DNA from: Leptospiraceae bacterium
Lineage (GTDB): Bacteria > Spirochaetota > Leptospiria > Leptospirales > Leptonemataceae
Direction of reading: 5' to 3'
DNA: 64,000 nt
Assembly (NCBI GenBank): GCA_040217195.1
Contig: JAVJNR010000003.1
Span: 128,001 to 192,000, forward strand
Of this stretch, positions 18,666 to 28,381 are shown in pieces. Below the pieces are notes generated by a model, which was not told the origin of the DNA, did not search any database, and saw only the letters and a list, made by a program, of their open reading frames with translations. Each line of letters opens with the position of its first letter. The first letter of the stretch is position 1. The position numbers were made by a program, and so were the translations under genes.

Positions 18666-19715
18666 TTATCGATATCTTTCTACTTCTGTGCCAATTCGAT
18701 CAATGATTTCGAAATAGCTCTTCTGCACCGGACTTTCTTCAAGAATGGAATAAGGGGTACCATCTTCGCCGGACTCCATGATTTCAGTCATTAATGGAAG
18801 ATTGCCCAGAAATGGAACCTTGTATTTCGCTGCGAAAGCTGGCCCACCATTCTTGGAGAAGATATGGCTGGATTTGCCACAATGAGGACAAATGAATTCG
18901 CTCATATTCTCGATGATCCCCAGAACAGGAACCTTAACTTCCTGAAACATGGCTACAGCTCGGGTGGCATCCTGAATGGCTACATTTTGAGGAGTGGTAA
19001 CGATTAAAGCCCCGTCCAGATCCACAAGTTGAGCCAGAGAAAGCTGAACATCTCCGGTACCGGGTGGAAGATCGATTAGTAGATAGTCCAGTTCTCCCCA
19101 GATGATTTCATACAGGAATTGCTCCACTGCTTTTCCCAGCATGGGCCCGCGCCAGATTACAGCCTGGTCCGGGTTTAAAAGAAAGGAAAATGAAATTACT
19201 TTAACTCCATGAGCCTGTGGCGGCTCCACTTTGCGTTTTCCATCGCCGAACAGTGGCTGCTTACCGCCCAGACCGAACATTTTGCCTATAGAGGGACCAT
19301 AGATATCTGCATCCAGAAGGCCCACTTTCAGCCCTCTTTTGGCCATGGCTGCAGCCAGATTCGCACTGACCGTGGATTTACCTACTCCGCCTTTACCAGA
19401 ACCTATGGCGATGATGTTCTTAATACCTCGAATTCGGTTTCCGATTTCTTCGGGCTTGAGCGATTCATCTACTGTGAATCGAATCTTAAACTTTTTGGGA
19501 ATATCCAGCTTCGTTAGAAAGCCTCGAATCTGGGCTTCCAGGGCGATCTGGGTCTTTCGATCCGGGTCAGGCGACTTAAGGTTTAATCGAATGCTATCGT
19601 CTTCTTCCTGCAAGTTGTCCAGCATGCCAATTTCGGCCAGGGACATTTTATAAGCAGGATGCTCTATTTTTCCCAGAGCTTCTTGAATCTGGGATTCTAT
19701 CTTCTTCAGGTCCAT
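18666..19715 (-). CDS. apbC: Mrp/ApbC (NBP35) Fe-S cluster carrier ATPase
   Basis: SGKGGVGKST, DADIYGPS, IWRGPM, DLPPGTGD, VTTPQ, ENMS.FICPHC; start MDLKKIE at 19715. Confidence 0.95.
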   Translation of the reverse strand: MDLKKIESQIQEALGKIEHPAYKMSLAEIGMLDNLQEEDDSIRLNLKSPDPDRKTQIALEAQIRGFLTKLDIPKKFKIRFTVDESLKPEEIGNRIRGIKNIIAIGSGKGGVGKSTVSANLAAAMAKRGLKVGLLDADIYGPSIGKMFGLGGKQPLFGDGKRKVEPPQAHGVKVISFSFLLNPDQAVIWRGPMLGKAVEQFLYEIIWGELDYLLIDLPPGTGDVQLSLAQLVDLDGALIVTTPQNVAIQDATRAVAMFQEVKVPVLGIIENMSEFICPHCGKSSHIFSKNGGPAFAAKYKVPFLGNLPLMTEIMESGEDGTPYSILEESPVQKSYFEIIDRIGTEVERYR

Positions 19716-19917
19716 GTAAGATCCTTTAAAATTCTGTGGATTGCCCCGGATGCAGTGGGGGCTTCCCTCTGCGGGGCTTTCGCGTACCGTTCCGGGGGGA
19801 CGCCGGAAAAATACCAAAGTAAAGCTCTTGAGGCCATCCTTTTGAGTCCAATCCTGCAGGCCACTCTTTTGATTTTTCTCAATTGACCGTTACCGGTAAT
19901 GCAACATCCCGGTAATC

Positions 19918-20634
19918 ATGGACTTTAATGTAGGGGATGACATCCGAAGCACCGATGCATCATGGACATTCGGTGGCGATGTGCCCCGCACATTCGACTC
20001 CCACGTGGGCAGATCCGTTCCATTATACCAGGAAGGGCATAATCTAATCACAGCACTTTCGGACTATTTCCTGGCGGATGGCTCTGTGGTCTATGACCTG
20101 GGCGCCAGTACCGGCAGCCTCCTTTCCAGACTAGCCCAACAGCATAAAGGAAAGCCCAATCTAAGACTGATTGGAATCGATCGCGAAGAGGCCATGATTC
20201 AGGAAGCCCGTCAGCGAACTGCAGAGGAACCGAGGATTGAGATGCAATGCCAGGAGCTCCTGGATCTGGAAATGGAAAGTTCCGATCTGGTAGTTTCCTA
20301 TTATACCATGCAGTTCGTGCGGCCGGCCCATCGCCAGTCTATTGTGAACAGAATCTACGAAAGCATGAACTGGGGCGGAGCGCTGCTACTATTTGAAAAA
20401 ACCAGGGGACCGGATGCAAGATTTCAGGACATACTCACCGGACTCTATAACGATTTCAAACTGGAAAGAGGATTCAATCCAGAGGAGATTATTGGAAAAT
20501 CCAAGAGCTTAAAGGGAGTTCTGGAACCATTCTCAACACAGGGGAATCTGGATATGCTGGCTCGTGCTGGCTTCAAGGATATGATGGTCATTATGAAGTA
20601 TATCTGCTTCGAAGGCTTCCTGGCCATTAAATAG
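19918..20634 (+). CDS. CmoA-like SAM-dependent transferase
   Basis: WTF...V...FD.HV.RSVPLY, YDLGASTG, YTMQF, GG.LLLFEK, FK...G...EEI, F.GFLA.K. Confidence 0.8.
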   Translation: MDFNVGDDIRSTDASWTFGGDVPRTFDSHVGRSVPLYQEGHNLITALSDYFLADGSVVYDLGASTGSLLSRLAQQHKGKPNLRLIGIDREEAMIQEARQRTAEEPRIEMQCQELLDLEMESSDLVVSYYTMQFVRPAHRQSIVNRIYESMNWGGALLLFEKTRGPDARFQDILTGLYNDFKLERGFNPEEIIGKSKSLKGVLEPFSTQGNLDMLARAGFKDMMVIMKYICFEGFLAIK

Positions 20635-20643
20635 GAATTTTGA

Positions 20644-21426
20644 ATGAAAGCATTAATGATATCGATTGGAAATTTCTTCTTCAAATGGAGAGATACTGTA
20701 CTGAGCCTGATTCTTGTAGCTGCATTGATTCTGGTGGCCTACCCGGGAAAGGATCTACCACCTATTGCCGGCTTACAGACCTGGAAAATCTCTGTGACAA
20801 ATGAGATCTTTATCTCCTTAATTGGGTTTTTGATCGTTGTGGCCGGTCAGGTTGTTCGAGCCGTGACCATAGGCTGGGCCTACATAAAGAGAGGCGGACT
20901 GAACAAGAAGATCTACGCAGAAACACTTGTACGACAGGGAATGTTTGCGCACAGTCGCAATCCACTGTATCTGGGAAATCTTCTAATTGCTACCGGTGCT
21001 CTGGTATCTGTGAATCAGTTCTGGTACTGGGTAGCGGTTCTGCCCATGGTCTACTTTCTGTATTATTCCATCATCTTCGCCGAGGAAAGATTCCTCCGAG
21101 GTAAATTCGGCGCTGAATACGACAAATATGAAAAGGAAGTGAATCGGCTAATGCTGGGCAATCTCAAGGATTGGGCCAAATCCACGGAAGGGATGAGCTT
21201 TACCTGGAAGCGACTGATCAACAAGGAGCATGGATCCTTTGCGGTTATCTTTACCGCTCTTGCACTTTATAATCTTCTAAAGTTTCATTTTCGTCATGAT
21301 CTTGGCTGGACCGATCCGGGGGCCATGGCACTGTATGCTGGAATGGGAGCCATACTCACCTTCCAGGTGGTTGCAGCAACTCTGAAAAGAATGCATAAAC
21401 TGGAATGGGATCCGGCTCGACCGTAA
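20644..21426 (+). CDS. ICMT/PEMT-family membrane methyltransferase, LmtA (lipid A 1-phosphate methyltransferase)-like
   Basis: GNFFFKWR N-terminus, A.TL...GMFAHSRNPLYLGN, IIFAEERFLRGKFG, F.WKR...KE. Confidence 0.75.
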   Translation: MKALMISIGNFFFKWRDTVLSLILVAALILVAYPGKDLPPIAGLQTWKISVTNEIFISLIGFLIVVAGQVVRAVTIGWAYIKRGGLNKKIYAETLVRQGMFAHSRNPLYLGNLLIATGALVSVNQFWYWVAVLPMVYFLYYSIIFAEERFLRGKFGAEYDKYEKEVNRLMLGNLKDWAKSTEGMSFTWKRLINKEHGSFAVIFTALALYNLLKFHFRHDLGWTDPGAMALYAGMGAILTFQVVAATLKRMHKLEWDPARP

Positions 21427-21441
21427 GGAACCGGCAAACAA

Positions 21442-21837
21442 ATGGAATATATAGAGAAAGATTCTGAAATAAAAGTTAGAGCAACAAAAGGCCTGTATCG
21501 CATGGTTCTGGTATCCGGAATTGCATTTTGCGTAATTGCATCCCTGAACCTGATGGGCTGGCTGGCTCAAATGGAAAAAGCCCCATATGGCTGGTTAACC
21601 ATGCTATTTTTTCTAATTCCTGGAGTCTCTCTGGTCTGGGCTTATTACAAACGAGAAGAAAAGAATCTGCTGTCTCATCGTATCATTCGGATTTCAGGAA
21701 TCTGGATTGCCATGTCTCTGTTTGCATTTCCTTCGACTCTGTCGCAAAGCCCGGTAGCAGGTCTTCTGGTCGTGGCTGTATTTACTCTTGGCCTGGCTCT
21801 GTTCTTTTCCAGCAATCGATTTCGCAACAATACCTGA
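21442..21837 (+). CDS. Small four-TM hypothetical membrane protein
   Basis: 131 aa hydrophobic ORF with AAGGA RBS, co-oriented with the two preceding genes. Confidence 0.7.
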   Translation: MEYIEKDSEIKVRATKGLYRMVLVSGIAFCVIASLNLMGWLAQMEKAPYGWLTMLFFLIPGVSLVWAYYKREEKNLLSHRIIRISGIWIAMSLFAFPSTLSQSPVAGLLVVAVFTLGLALFFSSNRFRNNT

Positions 21838-22026
21838 AACGGATAGTACAGTTCAGAAATTTCGACTTTTGCTTTCGTTCGTTGGGTAGCCTCTAAATGC
21901 GCAGCGATAAGACGATTGCAGCGCTCTGCTTCAGGGCCTGAAGATCCAATCAATTACATGGGCGCATTGCAGGCCCGGTGGGCCCCGTTCCTGCCCACCA
22001 GAGACAGGTTGAAATCAATGAGTAGG

Positions 22027-22066
22027 TCTCTGATAAATCAATCTCTGATAAATCATACTCTGGTAA
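22027..22066. repeat. 15-bp-period direct repeat TCTCTGATAAATCA x2 plus degenerate third copy
   Basis: Copies at 22027 and 22042, degenerate ACTCTGGTAA at 22057, between convergent genes. Confidence 0.75.
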
Positions 22067-22087
22067 GGACGGTTATTGTAGGGATTG

Positions 22088-22555
22088 CTATGAATCCTCT
22101 GCAACAGAGGCGGATTCTTTTTCCAGGTCTGCAGACTGATAGATGACCGGAGCATCACCCCAGAGTCTTTCCAGGTTATAGAAGGATCTTTGTTCCGGCA
22201 AAAATAGATGAAGAACTACGTCACCAAAATCCTGGATTACCCAGCCGGATTCCACTTCCTCGGCTTTAATGCCCCGGGCTACCAGCTGATGGCCCAATCG
22301 TTTTTGGATTTCACGAGCAAGGGTCTTGAGCTGTACCATTGAATTGGCAGTTGCAATTACAAAGATACAGAAATACGGATTTACCTTTTCCAGGTTCATG
22401 CAGAGTATTCGGCCGGCGGACTTTTCTTCCAGGACGGTCACGATTTCGCTGGCCAGTCCATGAGCTTCTGGATCCACTCCCTGGCTTATTAGCGCTCTGC
22501 CGGGAGCTTCTCGGGCCGATCCACCACGGACACTCTGTTTGCGGGCTTCAGACAT
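22088..22555 (-). CDS. rsfS: Ribosomal silencing factor RsfS (Iojap)
   Basis: FVIATANS..Q, SGWVIQDFGDVVLHLF.PEQRSFYNLERLWGDA. Confidence 0.93.
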   Translation of the reverse strand: MSEARKQSVRGGSAREAPGRALISQGVDPEAHGLASEIVTVLEEKSAGRILCMNLEKVNPYFCIFVIATANSMVQLKTLAREIQKRLGHQLVARGIKAEEVESGWVIQDFGDVVLHLFLPEQRSFYNLERLWGDAPVIYQSADLEKESASVAEDS

Positions 22556-22592
22556 TCAGTTGCCATTTCCCGGGGATAGGCTCTGGTATCAA

Positions 22593-23741
22593 TCAGTACT
22601 TCAGATCCTTAATCTGAAAGTCATCTCCCAGAATAAAGGTTCCATAGATATCCAGAGGCTGCCTCAGAAAGAATACCCTTTCCCGGGGCCGACCAGTTTT
22701 GTAGGCAATCCGGCGTGCTATGGAAAAACTGCCGGAACGCTCAAGAACCACGCTTTCCGGCAACGGTTTTCGCTCAAAATTGTCTGCATAAAGAACTTCG
22801 GTGCCGCTTCCATGCAGGAATTGCTTCACTCGTCCGGCCAGGCCGGCTTTTTCAGTTCCATTCTGAACATCCATGGGGAAAGAGGCTGTATCCAGAGCGC
22901 CTGTACGCATCTCCTGGAGGAACTTTTCATAAAGTTCTGCGCAACGCTCTTCGTTCACAGCCAGTCTTTTTTCGTAGGGGTTCTTTGGATCCTCTTCGAA
23001 TTGCAGCGGGGTTTCCAGAGCAAATACATCCAGTTCCTCTTCGGTGGCAAAATACATCAGCAAGGAGCCAAATTCTTCGGTGGTTAAATCGGTTTCCGCC
23101 AGACTGTAAAGAAATGGGATCACCCCATCCCCTTCCAGAAATTCCTGCTTTTCGGGCAATTGCCATAAAAGATTCAAAACAATGCTTTCTGTGCGAAATA
23201 GTCGATCCATCTGAGCCAGGTGATCCGATCCACGCTCCAGCGGTATGGCCCCATGCGAAAATTCCATGGCCTGATGACCGGAAAGAAACTGGATACCATG
23301 TGGATACTGGTACCTGGCATCCTTGATCACCACCGGCTGAGGTAGAAATATATGCATGCCGCCCAGAAAATCGATGAATCGGCCCATGTTTTTCTCTGTG
23401 AAATACAGGTTGTAGTCGGCCCCACTGCCCACCCATTGTCTGAAACGGTCCGCGGAAAAGGCTGATAGAGTTGAGATATTCTCCTCTTCATCCGGATAAT
23501 GGCTGCCAGTATTCAGAAAGTAAAACACCGCTTTGTTCTCAGCCGGATAAAGCATGAGCCTGGCGAAGCTCAAGAGAGGGCCTTCCTCATCCTTCTGCAC
23601 TGAGAAACGTATGGAAAATGGCTCCTCATCAGCGATACGAGCAGCCACATCATCGGCAAAAAAACCTCGAATCCACTGAAATAGAAAAAAGGCAGCCATC
23701 AGAACTGCCAGAAGCACAAGAAATTTCACAAATCGATTCAT
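22593..23741 (-). CDS. LCP/LytR C-terminal domain protein
   Basis: N-terminal anchor, FIDFLGG..I, G...L.G..A, C-terminal VQNGTEKAGLA....FL...G and ILGDDF. Confidence 0.8.
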   Translation of the reverse strand: MNRFVKFLVLLAVLMAAFFLFQWIRGFFADDVAARIADEEPFSIRFSVQKDEEGPLLSFARLMLYPAENKAVFYFLNTGSHYPDEEENISTLSAFSADRFRQWVGSGADYNLYFTEKNMGRFIDFLGGMHIFLPQPVVIKDARYQYPHGIQFLSGHQAMEFSHGAIPLERGSDHLAQMDRLFRTESIVLNLLWQLPEKQEFLEGDGVIPFLYSLAETDLTTEEFGSLLMYFATEEELDVFALETPLQFEEDPKNPYEKRLAVNEERCAELYEKFLQEMRTGALDTASFPMDVQNGTEKAGLAGRVKQFLHGSGTEVLYADNFERKPLPESVVLERSGSFSIARRIAYKTGRPRERVFFLRQPLDIYGTFILGDDFQIKDLKY

Positions 23742-23789
23742 AAAGTTACTACTCCGCCCGCCTGGACTGTAGCATAAGCCATGCCAGGA

Positions 23790-25931
23790 TTAAGCCTGAG
23801 CGCCGGCCATTTCTTCTTCGGCCTTGCTACGCAGACTTAGCTGACTGACAGCCTCCACCTCAATGTCCGAGGGGATTTCTTCATGGGCCAGTACTGCGAA
23901 GTTTCTGATGGGAAACAGGCGTTCAAGTATATAAAAAATGCCGGCCCGCACCGCTGCACTGGTAAGGAATACTGCATTTCGCCCGGCATCCTGGGACTTC
24001 TTCACTTCTTCTTCCAGGGAATCTCTGAGTGCAACCTGAACATCTGGCTTCAGTGACATCACAAATCCAAGTTCTGGATCCCTGTGAATACCTTCCCGAA
24101 GTCTTCGATCAAGACCAGGATCCAGGGTAATCACTCGAAGCTTTTTATCTCCTCCCAGTAGATCGCCCACAATCTGTCTTTTCAATGCCTGTCTCACAGA
24201 TTCAGTAATCAAATAGGGATCTCGGGGCTGACCGCGATCCAGGTGATCGGAAACAGTTTCCAGAATTTTGGTCATGTTTCGAATACTCACTCCCTCTTTG
24301 AGGAGGTTCTTCAGCACCGTTTGAACTTGCCCCAGGGTCATACCGTCTTTGCCCATAAGTTCATCCACCACAACCGGGTTATCCTCACGAACACTATCTA
24401 TGATACTTTTGATTTCCTGACGGCCCATGATTTCCTGGCTGTTCTGCTGGATGACGCTAGAAAGATGGGTGGCGATAACAGTGGATGGATCCACCACATC
24501 AAATCCCATACCTTCCGCTTCAGATTTTTGCGTGGGATCAATCCAGTAAGCTTTCAGTCCGTAGGTAGGCTCTTGAAAAGAAGCCAGCCCTTCCAGCGTT
24601 CCAGAAGTTCTTCCGGTATCAATGGCCATTAATTTCTCGGACTCCAGATTGGAGCCGGCGATGGAGCTACCCTGGAGTTTGATGTTATACTCCCCTGCCT
24701 CAAGATTCATATTGTCCCGAATCCGCACTGGAGGAACAATCAAGCCGCTTTCCATGGCGAATCTACGCCTCAGCCTTGATATTTGATCGAGCAAGGTTCC
24801 GCCCTGCTTGGGATCTACCAGAGGAATGAGACTGTAACCTATTTCCACTTCCAGTGGTTCTGTGCGAAGATGCTCAAGATAGGATTCAGGCTTCCTTTCT
24901 TCCGATTTTTCCTGTTCCCGTTTACTTTCTTCTTCTACCTCTCTTTGCTTGCTTCGATCCATCTGATAGCCCAGGTAGATTAGACCGGCGCCCAGAGAAG
25001 CCATGGCTATGAAAGGAAATCCTGGAAGTAATCCGGCCAGTATTAGAAAACCGCCGGTAACATACATGATTCCAGTATTGGATAGAAGCTGTGTCTTCAG
25101 ATCATGGGGCAGAGAATCTTCGGAAGTACTTCTAGATACAATAATACCGGTTGCTGCGGAAATCAAAAGAGCAGGAATTTGCGATACCAGGCCATCACCG
25201 ATAGTGAATCGTGTGTAGATTGCAAGAGCTTCGGTAAAGGATTCTCCCTGGATAGTAACACCTAGTATCAGTCCACCCACAATATTAATAGCAGTAATCA
25301 CCAGACCCAGGCGAACATCTCCCTGCACAAATTTCGAGGCACCATCCATGGCTCCATAGAAGTTCATTTCTGTTTGAAGCAGATTCCTTCTTTTTCTGGC
25401 CTCCCTTTCATCGATGTAACCTGCCTGTTGATCTGAGTCGATGGCCAACTGTTTACCGGGCAATGAATCCAGAGCAAACCTGGCAGCTACTTCAGAAACC
25501 CTGGTGGCACCTTTTGTAATTACAATGATCTGAACCAGAGTAAGGATCAAAAAGATAATGATACCCACTACATAGGAGCCCATGGAATTTCCGCCGCCCA
25601 CAACGAAAGACCCAAAAGCGCTGACCAGTGCACTATCGGCCTGATCCCCTTCCGTAAGAATCATTCTCGTAGTGGAGATGTTCACAGCCAGACGATAGAT
25701 CGTAGTGATAAGTAGCAACGTTGGGAATGCAGTAAATTCTGCAGGACTGTTCGTTCCCAGTGAAGTCATCAGAATTAGAATCGAAGAAATGAGACTAATT
25801 GCAATGAGCACGTCCAGCAGCACCCCGGGCAGAGGTACGATAATCAGTACTAAAATGAATATTACGCCCAGGCCAAGGACGGTTTCTGTGCTCTTGAAAT
25901 GTTTGGTAATCTGCTCCAACAGTTCTTTCAT
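23790..25931 (-). CDS. flhA: Flagellar export gate protein FlhA
   Basis: FPTLLLITT, KGATRVSEVAARFALDSLPGKQLAIDSD, FYGAMDGASKFVQGD, TIGDGLVSQIPAL, VRIRDN. Confidence 0.97.
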   Translation of the reverse strand: MKELLEQITKHFKSTETVLGLGVIFILVLIIVPLPGVLLDVLIAISLISSILILMTSLGTNSPAEFTAFPTLLLITTIYRLAVNISTTRMILTEGDQADSALVSAFGSFVVGGGNSMGSYVVGIIIFLILTLVQIIVITKGATRVSEVAARFALDSLPGKQLAIDSDQQAGYIDEREARKRRNLLQTEMNFYGAMDGASKFVQGDVRLGLVITAINIVGGLILGVTIQGESFTEALAIYTRFTIGDGLVSQIPALLISAATGIIVSRSTSEDSLPHDLKTQLLSNTGIMYVTGGFLILAGLLPGFPFIAMASLGAGLIYLGYQMDRSKQREVEEESKREQEKSEERKPESYLEHLRTEPLEVEIGYSLIPLVDPKQGGTLLDQISRLRRRFAMESGLIVPPVRIRDNMNLEAGEYNIKLQGSSIAGSNLESEKLMAIDTGRTSGTLEGLASFQEPTYGLKAYWIDPTQKSEAEGMGFDVVDPSTVIATHLSSVIQQNSQEIMGRQEIKSIIDSVREDNPVVVDELMGKDGMTLGQVQTVLKNLLKEGVSIRNMTKILETVSDHLDRGQPRDPYLITESVRQALKRQIVGDLLGGDKKLRVITLDPGLDRRLREGIHRDPELGFVMSLKPDVQVALRDSLEEEVKKSQDAGRNAVFLTSAAVRAGIFYILERLFPIRNFAVLAHEEIPSDIEVEAVSQLSLRSKAEEEMAGAQA

Positions 25932-27190
25932 GCGCCTGCCCTCTGCCTGAATTTATTAAGTCTGGAGAATATTACACTTACGGCCCTGTACAGTGTTTCC
26001 GGTATCTCCTGACCGATTTCCACATCTCTGTACAATGTTCTTGCCAGCAGTGGATTCTCTTCGATGGGAATACTGTTTTCCTGAGCTACCTTGCGAATGC
26101 TGAAAGCAAGCTGATCGGTTCCCTTGGCGATTACCATGGGCGCTGTGGATTCCAGCTGATCGTATCTTAATGCAACTGCGTAGTGGGTTGGATTTGTAAT
26201 TACTACGTCCGCCTGAGGCACTTCGCCCAGCATGTTTTTTTGCTGCCTCATTTCATAGGCACGCTCTCTCTGCCTCTGCTTTAGCAGCGGATCCCCTTCT
26301 TCATCTTTTCGTTCTCTTTTTGCCTCGGCCGTGGTAACCTTTAAGTTTTCAATGTATTCGAACTTCTGGTAGAAAAAATCTGGTATGCTGATGGCCAGCA
26401 GCAGTACACCACACAATAATAGAAGTTTCAAAGCCACGGTGGCAAAAATGCTTACTGCCTGCGTAAGTCCCATACCCGAGGCTTTGAGCATGGGTATGAA
26501 GTCATCCACGATCACCAGATAGGCTGCACCGGCGATGATCAGCATTTGAACGATTACCTTTAGCAGGTTGACCAGGTTTCTACGAACTGGAAGCACTCTC
26601 TTGAAGTCAGGTTTCATTCGCTCGAAACGAAACTGCAGCGTTTGCAGAGAAAACATCAGGCCTACCTGGACAACATTTCCCAGCACTCCCATGACAATCG
26701 TTACTAGAAGGATGGGCAATAGTATCATGCCTGTCTGATAGAATAGATCCTTCATCAGAACCTGTAGATCTTCGATTCCAAACACTCCCTGCTGGGTTGC
26801 AATTAGTCCAAAATAGCGACTGAACATCTCGCCTATTCTCTGCACCATGTAAGTGCCAAATAAGAATAGCATTAGCACGCCACCGATCAAAATGGCAGAA
26901 CCAGCCATATCCTGGCTTTTGGGAACATTGCCCTTGTCCCGCTCTTCCCTTTTACGGCGTTCGCTGGGCTCTTCGGTACGGCCCTCGTCCTCTGCTGCGA
27001 AGAGCTGTAGATCCAGCCAATCCGAAGAGACAGGCCTGGTAAGAATCTCAAGCGTAGAAATGCCTGCTATAGAGGACTTAAGCTGATCCACTCCTATTTC
27101 CGGTTTGCCCTCGTAGATGACCGGCCCTGCGCACAGAAATGGCCGGCGATTGAACCGGCCAATCCAATGGTTCCAGACTTTAACCAGCAT
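25928..27190 (-). CDS. flhB: Flagellar export protein FlhB with long N-terminal extension
   Basis: RTEEPS.RR..E.R.KGNVPKSQD, EGDP, ADVVITNPTHYAVAL (NPTH autocleavage site), ENP.LARTLY; probable ATG at 27190 overlaps the fliR end. Confidence 0.95.
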   Translation of the reverse strand: MLVKVWNHWIGRFNRRPFLCAGPVIYEGKPEIGVDQLKSSIAGISTLEILTRPVSSDWLDLQLFAAEDEGRTEEPSERRKREERDKGNVPKSQDMAGSAILIGGVLMLFLFGTYMVQRIGEMFSRYFGLIATQQGVFGIEDLQVLMKDLFYQTGMILLPILLVTIVMGVLGNVVQVGLMFSLQTLQFRFERMKPDFKRVLPVRRNLVNLLKVIVQMLIIAGAAYLVIVDDFIPMLKASGMGLTQAVSIFATVALKLLLLCGVLLLAISIPDFFYQKFEYIENLKVTTAEAKRERKDEEGDPLLKQRQRERAYEMRQQKNMLGEVPQADVVITNPTHYAVALRYDQLESTAPMVIAKGTDQLAFSIRKVAQENSIPIEENPLLARTLYRDVEIGQEIPETLYRAVSVIFSRLNKFRQRAGA

Positions 27191-28013
27191 TGGAGCCCCC
27201 GGGACGAGCTTTGGGCCAGGTGTCGAACATTTCTCCCATGACGTCATACATGGATGCAAAAGAGTCTCTCATCAAAGGAACAATGACCGGCAATACAGTA
27301 ATCATTACCAGAAGCCCTACCATGATATTGATCTGAATACCCATGTTCATAAGATTCAATTGAGGGGCCGCTCTACCCATGATGCCCAGCATAACCGAGC
27401 TAATGAAGAGTATACCCATCATGGGAATGCCAATGCGAAGCGCTGTTAGAAACATCACTCCGAAGGACTCATCCATGTAGTTCAGTAGTCCTCCACTGGT
27501 TTGTCCGTCGATGATGATAGTGGGCACAGCTACAAAGGAATAAGCCACGGCTCGAACCAGATGCAAATAAGCAGGAGCATAGACACCATCTATCTCGAAA
27601 GGTACAGCCAGAAATAATAACGTGCCAATCAAGTTCTTCAGTGTGCCCATCACTGGAATGGAGACCTGGGCCTGGGGGTCCAGGACCTCGGAGAATGAAA
27701 TACCCATTTGTAATGAGAAGAATTCCCCCGCCAGCTGGAAGGCCGCGAACAGAAGCTGGATCATGAATCCCATAATCGTTCCCATGAACACCTGGGACAG
27801 AATCTCCAGAATGAATGGTCCCATGGTCGCAGGAGGAGTGTTTAAATGGTTTGCTACGATCGGATAAAGAACAAAGGAAAGCATAAGTGCTATAACCATT
27901 TGCGCTCTGTAGCCTACAGCCTGGGAATTGAAAATAGGAGTAGTAAAGATTAAGCCGGCCACACGAGCAACGATCAATACGTAGTATAGCAGTCCTGTGG
28001 ACAGAGCTTCCAT
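27180..28013 (-). CDS. fliR: Flagellar export protein FliR
   Basis: ARVAGL..T.PIF, QLAGEF.S.QMG..F..V.DP, G..GRAAPQLN. Confidence 0.95.
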   Translation of the reverse strand: MEALSTGLLYYVLIVARVAGLIFTTPIFNSQAVGYRAQMVIALMLSFVLYPIVANHLNTPPATMGPFILEILSQVFMGTIMGFMIQLLFAAFQLAGEFFSLQMGISFSEVLDPQAQVSIPVMGTLKNLIGTLLFLAVPFEIDGVYAPAYLHLVRAVAYSFVAVPTIIIDGQTSGGLLNYMDESFGVMFLTALRIGIPMMGILFISSVMLGIMGRAAPQLNLMNMGIQINIMVGLLVMITVLPVIVPLMRDSFASMYDVMGEMFDTWPKARPGGSNAG

Positions 28014-28098
28014 CTGTAATTTTGTTTCTCCCCGGGTCTGTATTACAGGCCCCTGATAATCTCTTCCCGGTTCCTGCCCGGGCTCTATCCGCTTTTCT

Positions 28099-28362
28099 TT
28101 AGAATCTGCGAATCAGTTCAAATACGCCGACTGTATAGTCCACGGTGGTATGGATGATGTACGCTGAGAAAACCATGATGGCCAGAAAAACAGCTATTAG
28201 CTTGGGAACAAACGTAAGGGTCTGCTCCTGAATGGAAGTGGTGGTTTGAAGAATGGAAATCACCAGTCCTGTAATCATACTCAGGATCAGCATAGGTCCG
28301 GCTGCCTTCATGACCACAATCAGCGCATCGTGTATTAATTTTATTGCATCGGTTTCAAGCAT
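28099..28362 (-). CDS. fliQ: Flagellar export protein FliQ
   Basis: GLVISILQTTTSIQEQTLTFVPKL. Confidence 0.96.
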   Translation of the reverse strand: MLETDAIKLIHDALIVVMKAAGPMLILSMITGLVISILQTTTSIQEQTLTFVPKLIAVFLAIMVFSAYIIHTTVDYTVGVFELIRRF

Positions 28363-28381
28363 AGTTTACTCCATTGCTCCA

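Noticed and set aside
19743..19808. c-di-GMP-I riboswitch or SRP RNA
   Set aside because: Only superficial similarity (ACGCGAAAGCC); the required conserved motifs are not present.
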